Positions 62,301 through 64,000 of a stretch of 64,000 nt of DNA are shown here, piece by piece. The DNA lies in the NCBI GenBank assembly GCA_973895155.1, contig OZ316895.1, forward strand, positions 8,296,184-8,360,183, written 5' to 3'. The number at the start of each line of letters is the position of its first letter. Position 1 is the first letter of the stretch. Below the pieces are notes generated by a model that was not told the DNA's origin, did not search any database, and was given only the letters and a program-made list of their open reading frames with translations. Both the position numbers and the translations under genes were made by a program. Origin of the DNA: Marsupella aquatica. Taxonomy: Eukaryota > Plantae > Marchantiophyta.

Positions 62301-63714
62301 GGGGCGCCTGAGTAAGGGCCAAATGTGGAAGAGGGTGACGCAGCTTGTAAAGTCGATTTCTTGGATCACGAGCAGCAGTGAGGAAGACCTGCTGAGGATT
62401 ATCTTTGTCAAAGACATGGCACGATTTAGAACTGAACAAAATAGGATGACCAGCATCAGTGAGAGTACCAATAGAGAGAAGATTTCGTGTCAGACCAGGA
62501 ACATACAAAACTTTGCGAATCTCTTTATTCTGATCAATGGAAACTGTGCCGTGGCCAGCCACTGGGAGCTGGATGCCATTAGCAGTAGTCACAGAAGTTG
62601 AGGAAGTTCCAGCAGTAAGATCACGAAAAACAGCAGGATCACCCGTGACATGGGTGCTAGCGCCAGAGTCGAGAATCCATTCTCGAGAGTTGTGCCTAGT
62701 GTCAAGCTCAGTAAAATTTGCCTCCATGATTTCACTATCATCGTAAGTATCTTCCTCATCACCTTCGTAATAGTTATCAGAGATCTCAGCAGCATTGGCC
62801 TGTGGCTTAAACCGGCGGATGCCAGCAGCTTTCAACTGCATTTCTGCAATTTCTTCATCGAGCTTCTTGAGGTCACATTGTGGCTCCCAATGGCCAGTCT
62901 TCCCGCAATAGTTGCAACTGCCAATGCTGCGTCCTCGGCCGACAGACATTGATCGTGAGTTCCGGAGGTTGCTGAAGTGGCGTGGTGGGAAGCTGTGGCG
63001 TGGTGGGAAGTTCCCCTCAGTACGAGGTTGGAAGCGCCCTCGTCCGCGTCCATAGGAAAAGGAGCGAGTGACTGCCATAGCTTCCTCCGTAGTGTCCGTC
63101 TGCTTTCCTTTCCGCCAATACTCATCAGACTGGAGTCGTTCAAGCAGATTTGTGAATGTCGGCTTGGGGGACCGTGAGAGGTCAGCGCTGAACATAGAGA
63201 CAAATGTGCCCCAACTCAGAGGAAGACCTTGTAAGACTATGTGGATGAGACGGTGCTCGACAACTTCAGCATTCATGCTGGCCAGTTGTCCAGCAAGTGA
63301 GTTGATTTTGTTGATGTAGGATTCGACCGATCCTCCTTCATTCATACGGGTGTTCTGGAGCTTCTTCTCCAGTAGTAGCTGTCGTTGGACTGTATCACCT
63401 CCAAAACGCTGCTGAAAGTGTTCCCAGCACTTGGCTGGATCATCGGAAAACTTATCCACAGTAGATAAGAATTGAGGCTTCACGATGGAGGCCAAGATAG
63501 ATACGGCCCGAACTTTCTTCTTCTCGATCTCACGAGCAGTCAAGTGGGCCCCTCCATCGACAAGGTTGCCATTGGCATCTGGCTTTACACCAAAGTTCAG
63601 CTCAGCAAACAGCTCGTCACGTTTCAGCAGGTTCTTGACCACGATGGTCCACGTCATGTGATTCGTAGTGCCGGCAAGCTTATCGCTCTCAGAGAACAAT
63701 TTAAGAAGATCCAT
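59383..63714 (-). pseudogene. gag-pol polyprotein of Copia C, one reading frame with a single nonsense codon
   Basis: The 775-aa and 654-aa ORFs are in frame across TGA at 61387-61389. Motifs: CNYCGKTGHWEPQC, WILDSGASTH, FIDDFTR, RSDRGGEY, LKARLVARGF, YVDDLL, GFTDADF, FHARTKHI. Confidence 0.94.
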
Positions 63715-64000
63715 AGCTAACAGATATGATTATACGGTGCTACAGTGCTCTAGTCAATGTTGAGGAACTTTCACTCAACCGAAGCTATTACGTAAGGAAT
63801 TCTAGTCCTATGCTAGATTATGATCACATCAGGGATCCTTTCTACCTGAGTGTATACTGTAGGAGTCGAGCTTAAGAAAGCTATTGCTATGTGATTACGT
63901 CAGGGAATCTCTCAACCTGAGTATACACTAAGTCTAGTTTCAAACGTAGAAAATTCTAGCGTGGATCGAGTAGAGCCTTAGCTATGATACCATGTTGGTA

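Larger units (their letters stand above)
58751..64000 (-). mobile_element. Ty1/Copia LTR retrotransposon C, nearly intact and distinct from A/B; 5' LTR runs off the right edge
   Basis: 3' LTR 58751-59007 (tgttgg...ccaaca); PPT (ccccctctc on + strand) at 59008-59016; PBS-like tggtatcatagc at 63981-63992; second LTR starts tgttggta at 63993. Confidence 0.95.

Overview
Eukaryotic, intron-containing land-plant nuclear DNA; a bryophyte-grade (liverwort-like) source is my inference, not something I can show. Host genes: the first exon of an arginyl-tRNA-protein transferase (ATE1-like, minus strand, runs off the left edge), a roughly 27-exon aldehyde oxidase/xanthine dehydrogenase-family gene, chloroplast ATP synthase delta, splicing factor SF3B3/SAP130, the mRNA capping enzyme, and a START/polyketide-cyclase (LFS-like) gene. 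Mobile DNA: a 5'-truncated non-LTR retrotransposon with a restriction-like endonuclease (CRE-like); a two-gene PIF/Harbinger transposon carrying two independent insertions of one Ty1/Copia family; and a third, nearly intact Copia on the minus strand. The most notable observation is that this third Copia carries an antisense ORF, between pol and the PPT, encoding an RNase H1 N-terminal hybrid-binding (caulimovirus viroplasmin-like) domain. Also notable: both sister Copia copies share an in-frame TGA at the gag/pol boundary, carry complementary deletions and show mosaic divergence. All coordinates were read by eye; exon counts are approximate.
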